A stretch of 64,000 nt of DNA, taken from IMG/VR virus record IMGVR_UViG_3300020042_007950, positions 1-64,000 of that record, one strand, 5' to 3'. The notes under the pieces are model-generated. The model worked only from the letters and a program-made list of their open reading frames with translations, did no database searches and was not told the DNA's origin. Below, in pieces: positions 18,029-27,900 of this stretch (within the stretch, counting starts at the first letter, position 1; every line of letters begins with the position of its first letter). This DNA is from a virus. Its lineage: Duplodnaviria > Caudoviricetes. The translations under genes and the position numbers were made by a program.

Positions 18029-19303
18029 ATGGCAACTATTACTTCATTACCAGCATTAGCTAAAACAAGTGTCGGGGCAAACGACTACCTATTAATAGCT
18101 AACTCAGCTCTTGTAACTAACTACAAGTTTTTAACTCAAGATTTATTTCCTACGGTAACTACAGTAGGAACGGGTAGTGAGTCTTTGTTTATAAGTGTAA
18201 CAACTAAAAACAATCTAAACTTTAAAGGGATAAAGTCTTTAGATGCTTTGCTAACAGTTGCTACTGCAAGTGATAACATTACTCTTCAGGTTAACCCTGC
18301 AAACATTAACCTAGCTCTTTGTAATAACGCTACATCAGCATTTATATCTGGTACAATTGACTTAGTTTCTGAAGTAACAGGAACACTACCTGTTGCTAAC
18401 GGTGGTACCGGTCTAGCTACTTTAACAAGCAATAGCTTGTATGTAGGTAATGGAACTTCAGCTTTAACGGCATTAGGAGTTGCAACTGATGGTCAAATTC
18501 CAATCGGACGTACAGGCCTTAGCCCAGTATTAGCTACCTTAACTGCAGGAGCAAACGTTACAATTACCAATGGTATTGGAGCTATTACAATTGCTGCTAA
18601 CTTAAGCACATTGACTGCTAATTTAAATGCTTCGACTTATAACATTTACGGGACAGGTTGGATTAGTGGTGACGGAAATAACGAAGGTATTAAAGTAGAT
18701 TCATCAGGAAGAGTGTTTGTTGGTTCATCAACTCCAACAGCTTTTTACACTTACGATTTAAACATAAACAATAGTATTGCTTTAAACGGCAGCAATACTC
18801 AATATATATCAATGGGGTCTTCTGCCACTCCAGGATTTTTAATTATAGATGGAGCAGACGGATCAGGAGCCAACGTAATTGGAGGACCTATTATTCTTAC
18901 AGCAGGAGATAGCACTGGAACAGCTACTGCTGGTCTTGCAACACTTTCTGGAGGAGCAGCTGTTTCAACAGGAACTGGTGGAGCAGCAGGACTATATGGT
19001 GGAAATAGTGTAAATGGAAGTGCTGGAGCAGTGGTAATAACTGGGGGCCAAGCTACTGGTTCAGGAGCAGGAGGAGACATTGCAATTATTCCTGGACCAA
19101 GTGCTACAGGTACAGATGGAATAGTAATTCAAAGTGCCTCATCAACTACAAGAGCTTTCACTAACTTTGCAGGAACTAGTGGAGCAGCATCAGCTAACTC
19201 TTTGTCTAGTTCAACTGCGGCAGCTGGGGCTAAGACTGGAGCAATTAAAGTACAAATTAACGGTGTAGATGCATGGATCAGAGTGTATGCTACAGCAGAA
19301 TAA
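18029..19303 (+). CDS. Tail fibre/spike protein
   Basis: ITSLPAL N-terminus, GTLPVANGGTG fibre motif, Gly/Ala/Thr-rich beta repeats. Confidence 0.8.
   Translation: MATITSLPALAKTSVGANDYLLIANSALVTNYKFLTQDLFPTVTTVGTGSESLFISVTTKNNLNFKGIKSLDALLTVATASDNITLQVNPANINLALCNNATSAFISGTIDLVSEVTGTLPVANGGTGLATLTSNSLYVGNGTSALTALGVATDGQIPIGRTGLSPVLATLTAGANVTITNGIGAITIAANLSTLTANLNASTYNIYGTGWISGDGNNEGIKVDSSGRVFVGSSTPTAFYTYDLNINNSIALNGSNTQYISMGSSATPGFLIIDGADGSGANVIGGPIILTAGDSTGTATAGLATLSGGAAVSTGTGGAAGLYGGNSVNGSAGAVVITGGQATGSGAGGDIAIIPGPSATGTDGIVIQSASSTTRAFTNFAGTSGAASANSLSSSTAAAGAKTGAIKVQINGVDAWIRVYATAE
18881..19119 (+). repeat. Five degenerate ~16-aa Gly-rich repeats in the fibre
   Basis: GGPIILTAGDSTGTATA / GLATLSGGAAVSTGTG / GAAGLYGGNSVNGSA / GAVVITGGQATGSGAG / GDIAIIPGPSATGTDG. 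Confidence 0.6.
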
Positions 19304-19328
19304 ATAGTAAACCAATACAAATAGTTAT

Positions 19329-19754
19329 ATGTTACAAGTAAAAAGAAACGGTGTGAACATCACTGGGACAAAAAGAGAATTTTTAAACATGTTTCAGGTT
19401 TTTAACGAAACTAAAGATGTTAAAAATGTTAAGTATGCTACTATCAATCTAGTTAACTCTAAAGTTATTAGAGAGCAATTAGATGAGTTAGAAGCAATGG
19501 CTACTCCTTCACAAGAGTTTATTGACCTTTCATTAAAGGCTCAAGAACTTATAAAAGAAGAAAATGAAGAAGGGTTAAAGCAGTTAGAAGAAGAAAATGC
19601 CTCACTAGTTGAAGCTCGTAAAGAGCAATTAGCTGCAGTGCAAGCAAAACTTGACGAAGAAGTTACTCTTGAACTTAAAATGATCAATGAAAAAATTCTT
19701 CCAGAAGACCTTAATGCCGAGCAACTTGAAATGATTTCAAAACTAATAAATTAA
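19329..19754 (+). CDS. Acidic coiled-coil protein, possible fibre assembly chaperone
   Basis: Directly after the fibre gene; helical and Glu-rich. Function inferred from position. Confidence 0.45.
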   Translation: MLQVKRNGVNITGTKREFLNMFQVFNETKDVKNVKYATINLVNSKVIREQLDELEAMATPSQEFIDLSLKAQELIKEENEEGLKQLEEENASLVEARKEQLAAVQAKLDEEVTLELKMINEKILPEDLNAEQLEMISKLIN

Positions 19755-19758
19755 TATA

Positions 19759-20190
19759 ATGCCTTATCCTACTACAACTGACAACTTACTTGATAACACT
19801 TTAACAAAAGTAAGTCAAGGACTAGCTATAAACAGAGTTTGGGCTAATAATTCTGGAACTGTTTCAAGCAACTCTTTAAAGCTTGCAAACCAAAAACCAC
19901 CATCTTCACATCTTACTACTATTCCTGGTATATTTGATAATACGTTTATAGCAATTATGGAAGATGCTAGTTCAGTTTCTTATGATGCTGCAACTATTAT
20001 AAGAAATAGAATAGTTTCAATTGTAGGAGTTGCAATTACTAATATAAACGCAGCTTTTACGGCCGGAATAGCAACATGGTCTGTAGAAGTTGTAGACTAT
20101 AAACTAACTGGAATACCAATATCAGATGGGGCTGGAGGGTTTATCCCAATAGTGTCTATAACTTGCCAAATCAATTTATATGTAGCATAA
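19759..20190 (+). CDS. Hypothetical (likely structural) protein
   Basis: Intact 143-aa ORF filling the gap; TAATG coupling to the next gene. Confidence 0.6.
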   Translation: MPYPTTTDNLLDNTLTKVSQGLAINRVWANNSGTVSSNSLKLANQKPPSSHLTTIPGIFDNTFIAIMEDASSVSYDAATIIRNRIVSIVGVAITNINAAFTAGIATWSVEVVDYKLTGIPISDGAGGFIPIVSITCQINLYVA

Positions 20191-21347
20191 TGACTCTACT
20201 AGAACTAACCCAGACATTAACGGCCAGGCCATGGTTCTTAAAAAAAGGGCCTGCTTTAGTAGCTAGAAAATTTAAAGTTAGTTTACATGACGCCACTGCA
20301 GCATTAAAAATTGCAAGAGCAAAGAGTAGAGAAGTTAATAGAAAAGTTGTAACAGTTGAAGTATCTAACGATTCTGATAATGTTATTACAGAATTTGAAC
20401 AGTATTTAGATAAAAACGGGATTGATCACTCAATGGTCAATTCCGTTAAATACTGGCAGAATATGAAAGGAGAACAACGGTTCTCTGTAGTTACCAAAAA
20501 TGATAGGTCAGCAGAAGAAATTCAAAAAGACATTGAAGAATTTGCAGCCAGCTATAGCCCTAAAGCTAGAGTTATAACTAAAGGCAGAGGAGTTGACTAC
20601 AAAGTGAAGTCAACTTTAGAGATCTCTTTACCTGATATTCATTATGGAAAGTTAACAGATATTACCCTAGAAGAGATGGAGAAACAATTCCTTGATACAA
20701 TTGAGGATTTAGTTACTAAAGGTCGAGGGATAAATATCGAAAAGATTCTTCTCCCAATTGGAAACGATGGGATGAACACAGACGGAATGAGAATGGCTAC
20801 AACAAAAGGTACCCCTCAACACGATACTGTAGGATGGAAAGAATCATTTAAAGGATACTGGACTCTAATAGTTAGAGCAGTAGATTTCTTGAAAGATGTG
20901 GCTCCAGTCGATATCATTGTTGTATCGGGAAACCATGATTACGAGAGAATGTTTTATGCTGGGGATGTCCTAGCCGGGTGGTATAGAAACGACCCAAGTG
21001 TTACTGTAGATAACTCTACAATGCCAAGAAAATATTACAAGTACGGGAAAAACATGATAATGTTTACCCACGGAGATAACGAAAAACCTTCAGATATGCC
21101 ACTAATAATGGCTACTGAGCAACCGGAAATGTTTGCAGCAACTGAGTTTAGAGAAGCTCATTGTGGACATTACCATAAAGAACAGGTAAACGAATACCGA
21201 GGTGTTAAAGTAAGATTTCTTCCTTCAATATGTGCTCTAGATGAGTGGCATAAGAAGATGGGATATCAAGCATTAAGAGCAGCTCAGGCATTCATTTGGA
21301 ATCACGACGAAGGACTTGAAGGATATTTACAAAGCAATGTTAGATAA
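20190..21347 (+). CDS. Calcineurin-like metallophosphoesterase
   Basis: SLPDIHYG, GNDGMNTD, SGNHD, FTHGD and GHYH metal-binding motifs; ATG at 20190. Confidence 0.85.
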   Translation: MTLLELTQTLTARPWFLKKGPALVARKFKVSLHDATAALKIARAKSREVNRKVVTVEVSNDSDNVITEFEQYLDKNGIDHSMVNSVKYWQNMKGEQRFSVVTKNDRSAEEIQKDIEEFAASYSPKARVITKGRGVDYKVKSTLEISLPDIHYGKLTDITLEEMEKQFLDTIEDLVTKGRGINIEKILLPIGNDGMNTDGMRMATTKGTPQHDTVGWKESFKGYWTLIVRAVDFLKDVAPVDIIVVSGNHDYERMFYAGDVLAGWYRNDPSVTVDNSTMPRKYYKYGKNMIMFTHGDNEKPSDMPLIMATEQPEMFAATEFREAHCGHYHKEQVNEYRGVKVRFLPSICALDEWHKKMGYQALRAAQAFIWNHDEGLEGYLQSNVR

Positions 21348-21358
21348 AATACAGAAAG

Positions 21359-22066
21359 ATGACTTTAGATGAAATTTCGTTTAACCTTTTAAATCTATTT
21401 AGAGGTGGCCGTAGCTCACAGGATGAAATGATCTCCTTGGCTCAAATCAAATTTAACGTTAAGCACTATCGTGCTGTATTCATACGTAGAGACTATGCAA
21501 GAAATGGTCTAGTAACTCGTCACTTAGAACAAGACTTAAAATGTGTGCAACTTAAACAAGTTGATTTATCAAAATGTTGCAACATCGATTTAAAATGCCA
21601 AGCTTATAGAAGCATAAAAAAGATCCCAAGAACAGTAAGATTTAACTTTGAAGAAGCCATCACTTACATAGGAGATGTATCAGGATTAGGCCGTATTCAA
21701 ATGATTAAACCATTTGAGGCTAACTACATTTCAGCAGATAAATTTACTGGCAAAAATGCTAAAGCATTTATGATTGAGGACTACTTGTATGTCCTTAATC
21801 CTAACGGTATGTCTACTGTAAACATTCGTGGAATATTTGAAGACCCAGAAGAAGTTGCTGAATTCATTGATTGTGAAGGCCAAGTGTGCTATAGTGGTGC
21901 AAGCCAGTTCCCTATGCCTATGGATATGGTTCAGGGTATTACTCAGGGTATGATGAATGGAGAACTTAGATTGTTGGCTGGAACATTCTCTGACACTAGT
22001 CTTGATCGTGGTCAAGATTTAACTGGAGGAGCACCACAAACTGCACAACAACCTGCTCAAGAATAA
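21359..22066 (+). CDS. Tail ring/connector protein
   Basis: MTLDEI...IRGIFEDPEEV...FPMP.DM..GI pattern of crAss-like ring proteins. Confidence 0.7.
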   Translation: MTLDEISFNLLNLFRGGRSSQDEMISLAQIKFNVKHYRAVFIRRDYARNGLVTRHLEQDLKCVQLKQVDLSKCCNIDLKCQAYRSIKKIPRTVRFNFEEAITYIGDVSGLGRIQMIKPFEANYISADKFTGKNAKAFMIEDYLYVLNPNGMSTVNIRGIFEDPEEVAEFIDCEGQVCYSGASQFPMPMDMVQGITQGMMNGELRLLAGTFSDTSLDRGQDLTGGAPQTAQQPAQE

Positions 22067-22077
22067 AAAATTTTAAC

Positions 22078-22085
22078 TAACTTTG
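22078..22085 (+). promoter_or_regulatory. -7 box TAACTTTG, 5 nt before ATG 22091
   Basis: Exact TAnnTTTG match in the intergenic region. Confidence 0.6.
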
Positions 22086-22090
22086 TGACT

Positions 22091-22351
22091 ATGGCAGCTT
22101 GGCAAAATAAAGAAGGTAAAAATCCAAAAGGAGGTTTAAACGAAAAAGGCAGAAAGTCTTACGAAAAATCTAACCCTGGATCTAACTTAAAAGCTCCTCA
22201 ACCTAAAGGTGGTAGCAGGAGAAACTCATTCTGTTCTAGAATGTGTGGGATGAAAGCCAAACTTACTAGCTCTAAAACAGCAAATGACCCTAACTCAAGA
22301 ATTAACAAATCACTTAGAATCTGGAACTGTGGAAGTTGCAGTAACTGGTAA
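22091..22351 (+). CDS. Small basic phage protein (DUF6321-like)
   Basis: AAWQNKEGKNPKGGLNEKGRKSY...RRNSFCSRM.GMK.KLTS.KTANDPNSRINKSLR.WNC, recognised from memory as a conserved phage family. Confidence 0.7.
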   Translation: MAAWQNKEGKNPKGGLNEKGRKSYEKSNPGSNLKAPQPKGGSRRNSFCSRMCGMKAKLTSSKTANDPNSRINKSLRIWNCGSCSNW

Positions 22352-22362
22352 CAATTAATAAA

Positions 22363-22590
22363 ATGGCTTTTAACATTGACACAACCAAAATAACCGAATA
22401 CGGGGAATGGGCAGGATTAAACGTAGCATGGGCTACAATATCATATGCTATGTTTACAAATAGTATAACTTGGATTATAGGAATAGTCGGAGGTATTACT
22501 TTGATTTGGTTCAACATTGAAAGAGCATTAAAAGCACGACAAGAAAGACAATTACTTAATAAACCAGAAGAAGATGAGCAAAATGATTAA
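22363..22590 (+). CDS. Putative holin
   Basis: 75 aa, two hydrophobic segments, charged C-terminal tail. Confidence 0.55.
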   Translation: MAFNIDTTKITEYGEWAGLNVAWATISYAMFTNSITWIIGIVGGITLIWFNIERALKARQERQLLNKPEEDEQND

Positions 22591-23488
22591 AAGAAAAGAC
22601 GGGTCATACTCTAAAAGAGGGCTTTGGGATAATATAAGAGCTAACAAGGGTTCTGGCAAAGAGCCTACTAAAGAAATGTTAAAACAAGAATCTAAAATAA
22701 AAAAAGAAGAAAACATGAACTCAATGTATAAGAAAGGAGGCAAAGCCCCTAAGAAAAAAATGATGAATAAAGAGTCTTTTCTAGAAGAGTCTAAAGAAAT
22801 GGAGTTTGGAGCTCCAGGAACTAAACCTCCTATGAAGAAAAAAATGATGGGAGGAATGTACAAAAAAGGTGGATTCCCAGATCTTAACGGAGATGGTAAA
22901 ACAACTTTTGCCGATGTTCTTAAAGGAAGAGGTGTAGGAAAAAAGATGATGGGAGGAAAGTATGAAATGGGTGGTCCTGGTGATGGTACTACTACTAGAA
23001 AAAATCTTCTTGGGCAAACTGTAACAGAAAACAGATCAGGTTTAGATTACGATAAAACCGTTACAAGAAAAAACGGTACTGTAGCTAGACAAAGTGGAGT
23101 AAAAACAGATGCTTTTAATCCAGAAACAGGTACTTCAGATACAAACAACTTTTACAGCAAAAAATTTGATAGAGCTGGAAACTTAAAAAGCTCTTCAGCT
23201 AGCAGAGAAAAATACATCCAAGAAGATAAAAATTCAAAAGGTGAATATGACGGTAATTCCGTACCATATGTTTCATCAGCCAAAGCTAATAGAAATGGAA
23301 AAGTTACTCGTGAAAATGGGTATAAAACAGTAGATAATCCTAGCAGATTAACTATTAATGAGTCAAGCTCTTCTTCAAAAAGAGATTTAAAAGAAAAAGC
23401 TAAACAAAGCAGAGCAAGTTTTAAAACTGGAGGAAGCATGTTTGAGACAATGCTTGATAAACTAAAAGTTAAAGGTAAAAAGAAATAA
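22574..23488 (+). CDS. Lys/Met-rich basic protein with repeated YKKGG/KKMMGG motifs and an EF-hand-like loop
   Basis: YKKGG x2, KKMMGG x2, YEMGG, FKTGG; DLNGDGKTTFAD loop. Confidence 0.65.
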   Translation: MSKMIKRKDGSYSKRGLWDNIRANKGSGKEPTKEMLKQESKIKKEENMNSMYKKGGKAPKKKMMNKESFLEESKEMEFGAPGTKPPMKKKMMGGMYKKGGFPDLNGDGKTTFADVLKGRGVGKKMMGGKYEMGGPGDGTTTRKNLLGQTVTENRSGLDYDKTVTRKNGTVARQSGVKTDAFNPETGTSDTNNFYSKKFDRAGNLKSSSASREKYIQEDKNSKGEYDGNSVPYVSSAKANRNGKVTRENGYKTVDNPSRLTINESSSSSKRDLKEKAKQSRASFKTGGSMFETMLDKLKVKGKKK

Positions 23489-23490
23489 AC

Positions 23491-23997
23491 GTGCAGCAAA
23501 CCAAATCACACACGTTAAAAACTATTTATAAAGACTACCTAGAAACTGCAGAAGATAAAATTGATTTTGAAACCTTTTCTGATATATGTTCCGAGTTTAA
23601 CATTGCCATATTCGAATCTCTCCTTGACGGGCATGAGTTCAATATGCAAAACAACCTCGGAACATTATCAGTAAGAAGGGTAGAAAGAGATCCAAGAGCA
23701 ATGTCAATTGATTGGCTTGAGACGAACAAGTACAAAAAAGAACTAGAAGAAGAAGGTGTAGAGTTATACGATAGTGCAACAGGAAAAGGACAAAAATGGC
23801 ACATATATTATACTGACAAGTATTACTGTAAGTTCCATTGGACCAAGCATAAAGCAAAGGTGGCTAACAAAACTGCTTACAGATTTGACGCCTCTAGAGG
23901 ATTGAAAGGTAATAAAGAGAAGTTAACAGCTCTTTTAAAACAAGATGACATTGCTTATTTAAGGTTCAAGAAATATACACCGACAAAAAATAATTAG
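23491..23997 (+). CDS. IHF/HU-like protein (crAss-type)
   Basis: GTG start; FNMQNNLGTLSVRR strand, KFHWTK, YRFDASR; conserved position before the ring and muzzle genes. Confidence 0.65.
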   Translation: MQQTKSHTLKTIYKDYLETAEDKIDFETFSDICSEFNIAIFESLLDGHEFNMQNNLGTLSVRRVERDPRAMSIDWLETNKYKKELEEEGVELYDSATGKGQKWHIYYTDKYYCKFHWTKHKAKVANKTAYRFDASRGLKGNKEKLTALLKQDDIAYLRFKKYTPTKNN

Positions 23998-23999
23998 TC

Positions 24000-24893
24000 A
24001 TGATTTATAAAAACGTATCTAGCAAAGTAATCATTCGTAAAGTTATGAGGGACTTAAAACCCCCTGGAGATAACTGGATTGATGATGCTGTTGAATGGAC
24101 TGGAGAGGCTCTAGAGCATATTGGCTCTGCCCCACAGCTTGTTCAAAAAGGATGTGTTTTACATATTAAAGACTTTAAAACTGTTATGCCAGCTGACTTG
24201 TACTATATCAATCAAGTGGCTATCAACAACACAATCAGTCCGTCAATGACGACTGAATTGACTGAGTTATTGGCTCAGGTAAAAGAATTAAACGAACTTA
24301 TTTTAGCTAATCCAAACGATGCTGTAGCATTTAATTATCAGCTACGGCAGTTAAACTCAAGGATTTCAGTAATTGAAAATCTTTACCTTTCATCGGGACA
24401 GCCGCTATCACCATTGCAGTACGGGACAAACAATTTCCCTATTGGACTTCACTGTGAACAATGTGAAAACAAGTTTGCTAAATCAAAGGATACCTATACA
24501 ATTAATGGAGATTATCTTAATACTTCATTTGAAACAGGAGCAGTTTGTTTTAGCTACACAGCATTTCCAGTAGATGAGGATTGTTACCCAATGGTACCAG
24601 ACGACATCAGTTTTAAAGAGGCTATGTTTTGGTATATTTACAAGCAAATGTTATTAGGAGGATATACCCCAGCTATGAATGGAATTGATTACAATTTTGC
24701 AGATACTAAGTGGAAATACTACTGTACTCAGGCACGTAATCAAGCTAACTTCCCAAGTATCGATAAGTACGAATCGTTCATGAACCAGTGGGTTAGACTT
24801 ATCCCAAACTTGAACAGACATGCAAACTTCTTCGAGAACTTAGGAACAAGAGAAGAATTGAACAGAGGAGCTTACGGAAGAGGATACTTCTAA
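24000..24893 (+). CDS. Tail ring protein (tubular protein A-like)
   Basis: IDDAVEWTGEALEHIG...DEDCYPMVPDD..FKEAMFWYI...WKYYCTQA; immediately upstream of the muzzle gene. Confidence 0.75.
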   Translation: MIYKNVSSKVIIRKVMRDLKPPGDNWIDDAVEWTGEALEHIGSAPQLVQKGCVLHIKDFKTVMPADLYYINQVAINNTISPSMTTELTELLAQVKELNELILANPNDAVAFNYQLRQLNSRISVIENLYLSSGQPLSPLQYGTNNFPIGLHCEQCENKFAKSKDTYTINGDYLNTSFETGAVCFSYTAFPVDEDCYPMVPDDISFKEAMFWYIYKQMLLGGYTPAMNGIDYNFADTKWKYYCTQARNQANFPSIDKYESFMNQWVRLIPNLNRHANFFENLGTREELNRGAYGRGYF

Positions 24894-24903
24894 TACTAAA
24901 ACT

Positions 24904-27900
24904 ATGGCATCAGAATTAAAGTTTTTAAAGGGAATGAACAAAGATACTGGTCTTTCAGATCAGGTCGACGGTACATATAGAGATGCACTTAATGCTGTAG
25001 TAGACATTAATAAAGGAGCTATTAGCAATGAATTTGGAAACAAACTTGTAGCAAGTCTTCCAACTGGATATTTACCTGTTGGCCAGATTGCTCTTCCTGA
25101 TGATAACTTTATAATCTTTGCCAACAAAGCTGGTACTCCAACATCTACTTCAAGTATTTTCCTTGTAAATACCTCCACAAATGTTTTATCTGCTTTACTT
25201 ACAACAAATACTGGAGAACTAACTGGGCATCTAAACTTTGATATAGACAACCCTATTACAGGGGAATTCAGAGTTTCTCCTACAGGAGAAATCATTGTGT
25301 ACTTTACTGATAACAAATACAAGTTCACAGTAGAACCTGTAACTAAGATTGAATACCCAGAGTACTATAATCCTCCACGAGTGTTTAATGTTACAAGACA
25401 ACAGATTTTTTTAAGTACTGGAGGTACCCCAAACAAATTATATACATTTACAGGACAAAACATAACCATGCTTAACATGTTTATGGACTCTGGTAGAATT
25501 CCTGAATTTAATGCAGCTTCTATAATAGAGGGTGGTGGAGTTGTAACAGGGGCTTACTATTTAGCAGTTGCATATGCAGACAAAGACTTCACTGAAACTA
25601 ACGTTTTAGGGATGGCTAATCCAGTGTACGTTCACCCATCTTCAGAAAGTTACATCCCATTTGAAATGATTGGAGGAGCTCCAGGTGGAGTTGAAACAAA
25701 CAAATCTATCAAATGGGATTTAACAAGTTTAAACATTGACTATAAATATATTGTACCATACGTACTTCAAAAAATAGGAGAAGTTCAATTTGTATACAAA
25801 CTTGAATTTGTAGAAATTAAAACTACAACTATAAGCATTACATATAGTGGTTTAGAGCAAGTAGATAAAGCCACAGTAGAAGATTCAGTATTAGATAAAG
25901 TTAACTACCTCAGTGCAAAATCTATTGCACAGTTAGATAACAGAATGTATGCCGCAAACTTAACTGGAAGAAAAGACCTAGGTTTTCAAAGATTTGCTAA
26001 CGGAATACGGTTGCAAGCCGTTACAAAAAATATTCTAGAATTCGATCCGAGAGCTTATGATATATATAACATTAATGTAGGATATGCTGCCGTTTCAAAA
26101 AATGTAGACTACCCTTTTCCAACGGATTATAACTATATTTCTGCAGTAACTTACCTAGTTCAAAATGGAAAAGACAGAGGGTATAGAAATATAAATAGAT
26201 TGTTTAAAGAAAAAAGTTATAGAAGAGGAGAAGTATACTCATTCTATATATCTTTTATATTTAAAGATGGTACAGAAAGTTATGCATACCACATTCCTGG
26301 ACGTAATGTAGTTAAATCTTGGGAAAACGGCCCTTTAAATAATGTTGATGTTTCAGGATTTAATCCTGTAGAATTTATAGAAACAAACCCAAATGGGTTA
26401 ATGTATCAATATTTAGATACAAGTTTATACGTTTCTCAGAGTACAGGATATTGGGAAAATAGAAATGAAACTTACCCAGACTCTCCAGACTTTGATATTT
26501 ATAGTGTAGATGGAGCAGGATCTCCAGTGCTTTCAGGATCTATAAGAAATCTAAATGTTAGGCATCACAAAATGCCTTCTAATCATAATCTTTCATTTTC
26601 TACATTAGTAACTAGTATAGATTTTTCTTTTCCCACACTTGCCAATTCATCTGTTTCAACAAGTGCACAAACTAAATTTAACGAAAATGTTAGAATATTA
26701 GGATTCAAACTTGAAAATTTAAAAATTCCTAAATTTATTCTTCAGCAAGTGCAAGGTTATAAAGTGTATTATGCAAAAAGAAATCAAGGAGACAAAACAA
26801 TTATAGGACAAAGTGGGTTGCATCCATCCGAATGGATTAAATCTGGAAATTTATATAATAAAAGGCAAACAGCTATGTTTGGACCATATTACCATATGTG
26901 GCAAATGGGTGCTCTTCCATATTCAGGTTCGTTTGCTTATACAAATTATCCTTGGGCAAGTACCTACAATGATAATGTAGCAGCTCAATCAGTATTTAAA
27001 TTCCATGATTTTAATTTACTTAGAACTCAAAAAAGTTTAGGGCAAGCAACTCACATAGATTTGCAATACGTTGCAACAATGCATCAATGGAGGGGAAGGC
27101 ATAAGGGTATACAACCTGGAAATATAGATGGTGAAGGAAACTTTGATTCTAGTACTTATTATACACAATTTAGAAGTGGAGAATCAGAATATCAATGGAT
27201 AAACTCTACTCTAGCAAACACAGACAATTACGATAATACATCGGATGATACGTCAGTTTACAGTACTCCAAGTGCATATGGTTTATTAATGGTAGCTGCA
27301 AAATATAGCCCACCTGGAGCCAGTGGTGCAAATGATTATGGAGTAAGTGTTGCTGGAGTAACTGGAAACCAAAGTTATTTAGGAGTAAATCAAACTATAT
27401 TCCCACTAGATCCTGATAGTGCAAGTTACTTGGCAGGAATGTCAATTCTTAAAAACAGTTCTTCTACGGCATTTAAAGGGGCTACATATTTGTTAAATTT
27501 AAGTGGAGAAAGTTCAATTGTACTTGGTTTAAAATCAGGCATACCTCCTTTACGTGGTACAAACATAAACTTACTTGGAGAAGATTTTGCATTTTTAAGA
27601 AAAGTAAATGTAGAGAATGCTCAAAACGGGCCTGTAACAACTGGCAGACCTAATGTTTATATAGCTAATTTATGTTCAACTAAAACAGATGTATTTGAAC
27701 CGTTTGATGCTCAAAGGTTAGTGTGGACTGGATTTTATAAATCTACATTACTAGTTAACATAATTACAGGTGGGGATGTAGACGGAACTAATTACTACAC
27801 AGGAGTAAGAACTTCTGACATTTTTGGTGGAGATACTTACATTTGTAGGTATGGTTACAGAATGACATCTCAAAGATATGGTTTTAAATATTTTAGAGGA

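Noticed and set aside
12585-19320. Long antisense or alternative-frame ORFs over the MCP, 16009 and fibre genes (e.g. 16288-16731 -, 18799-19080 -)
   Set aside because: Shadow ORFs produced by GCT/ACT/GGT codon bias; Ser/Cys-rich non-protein-like translations with no initiation context. The same applies to the other nested short ORFs in the track.
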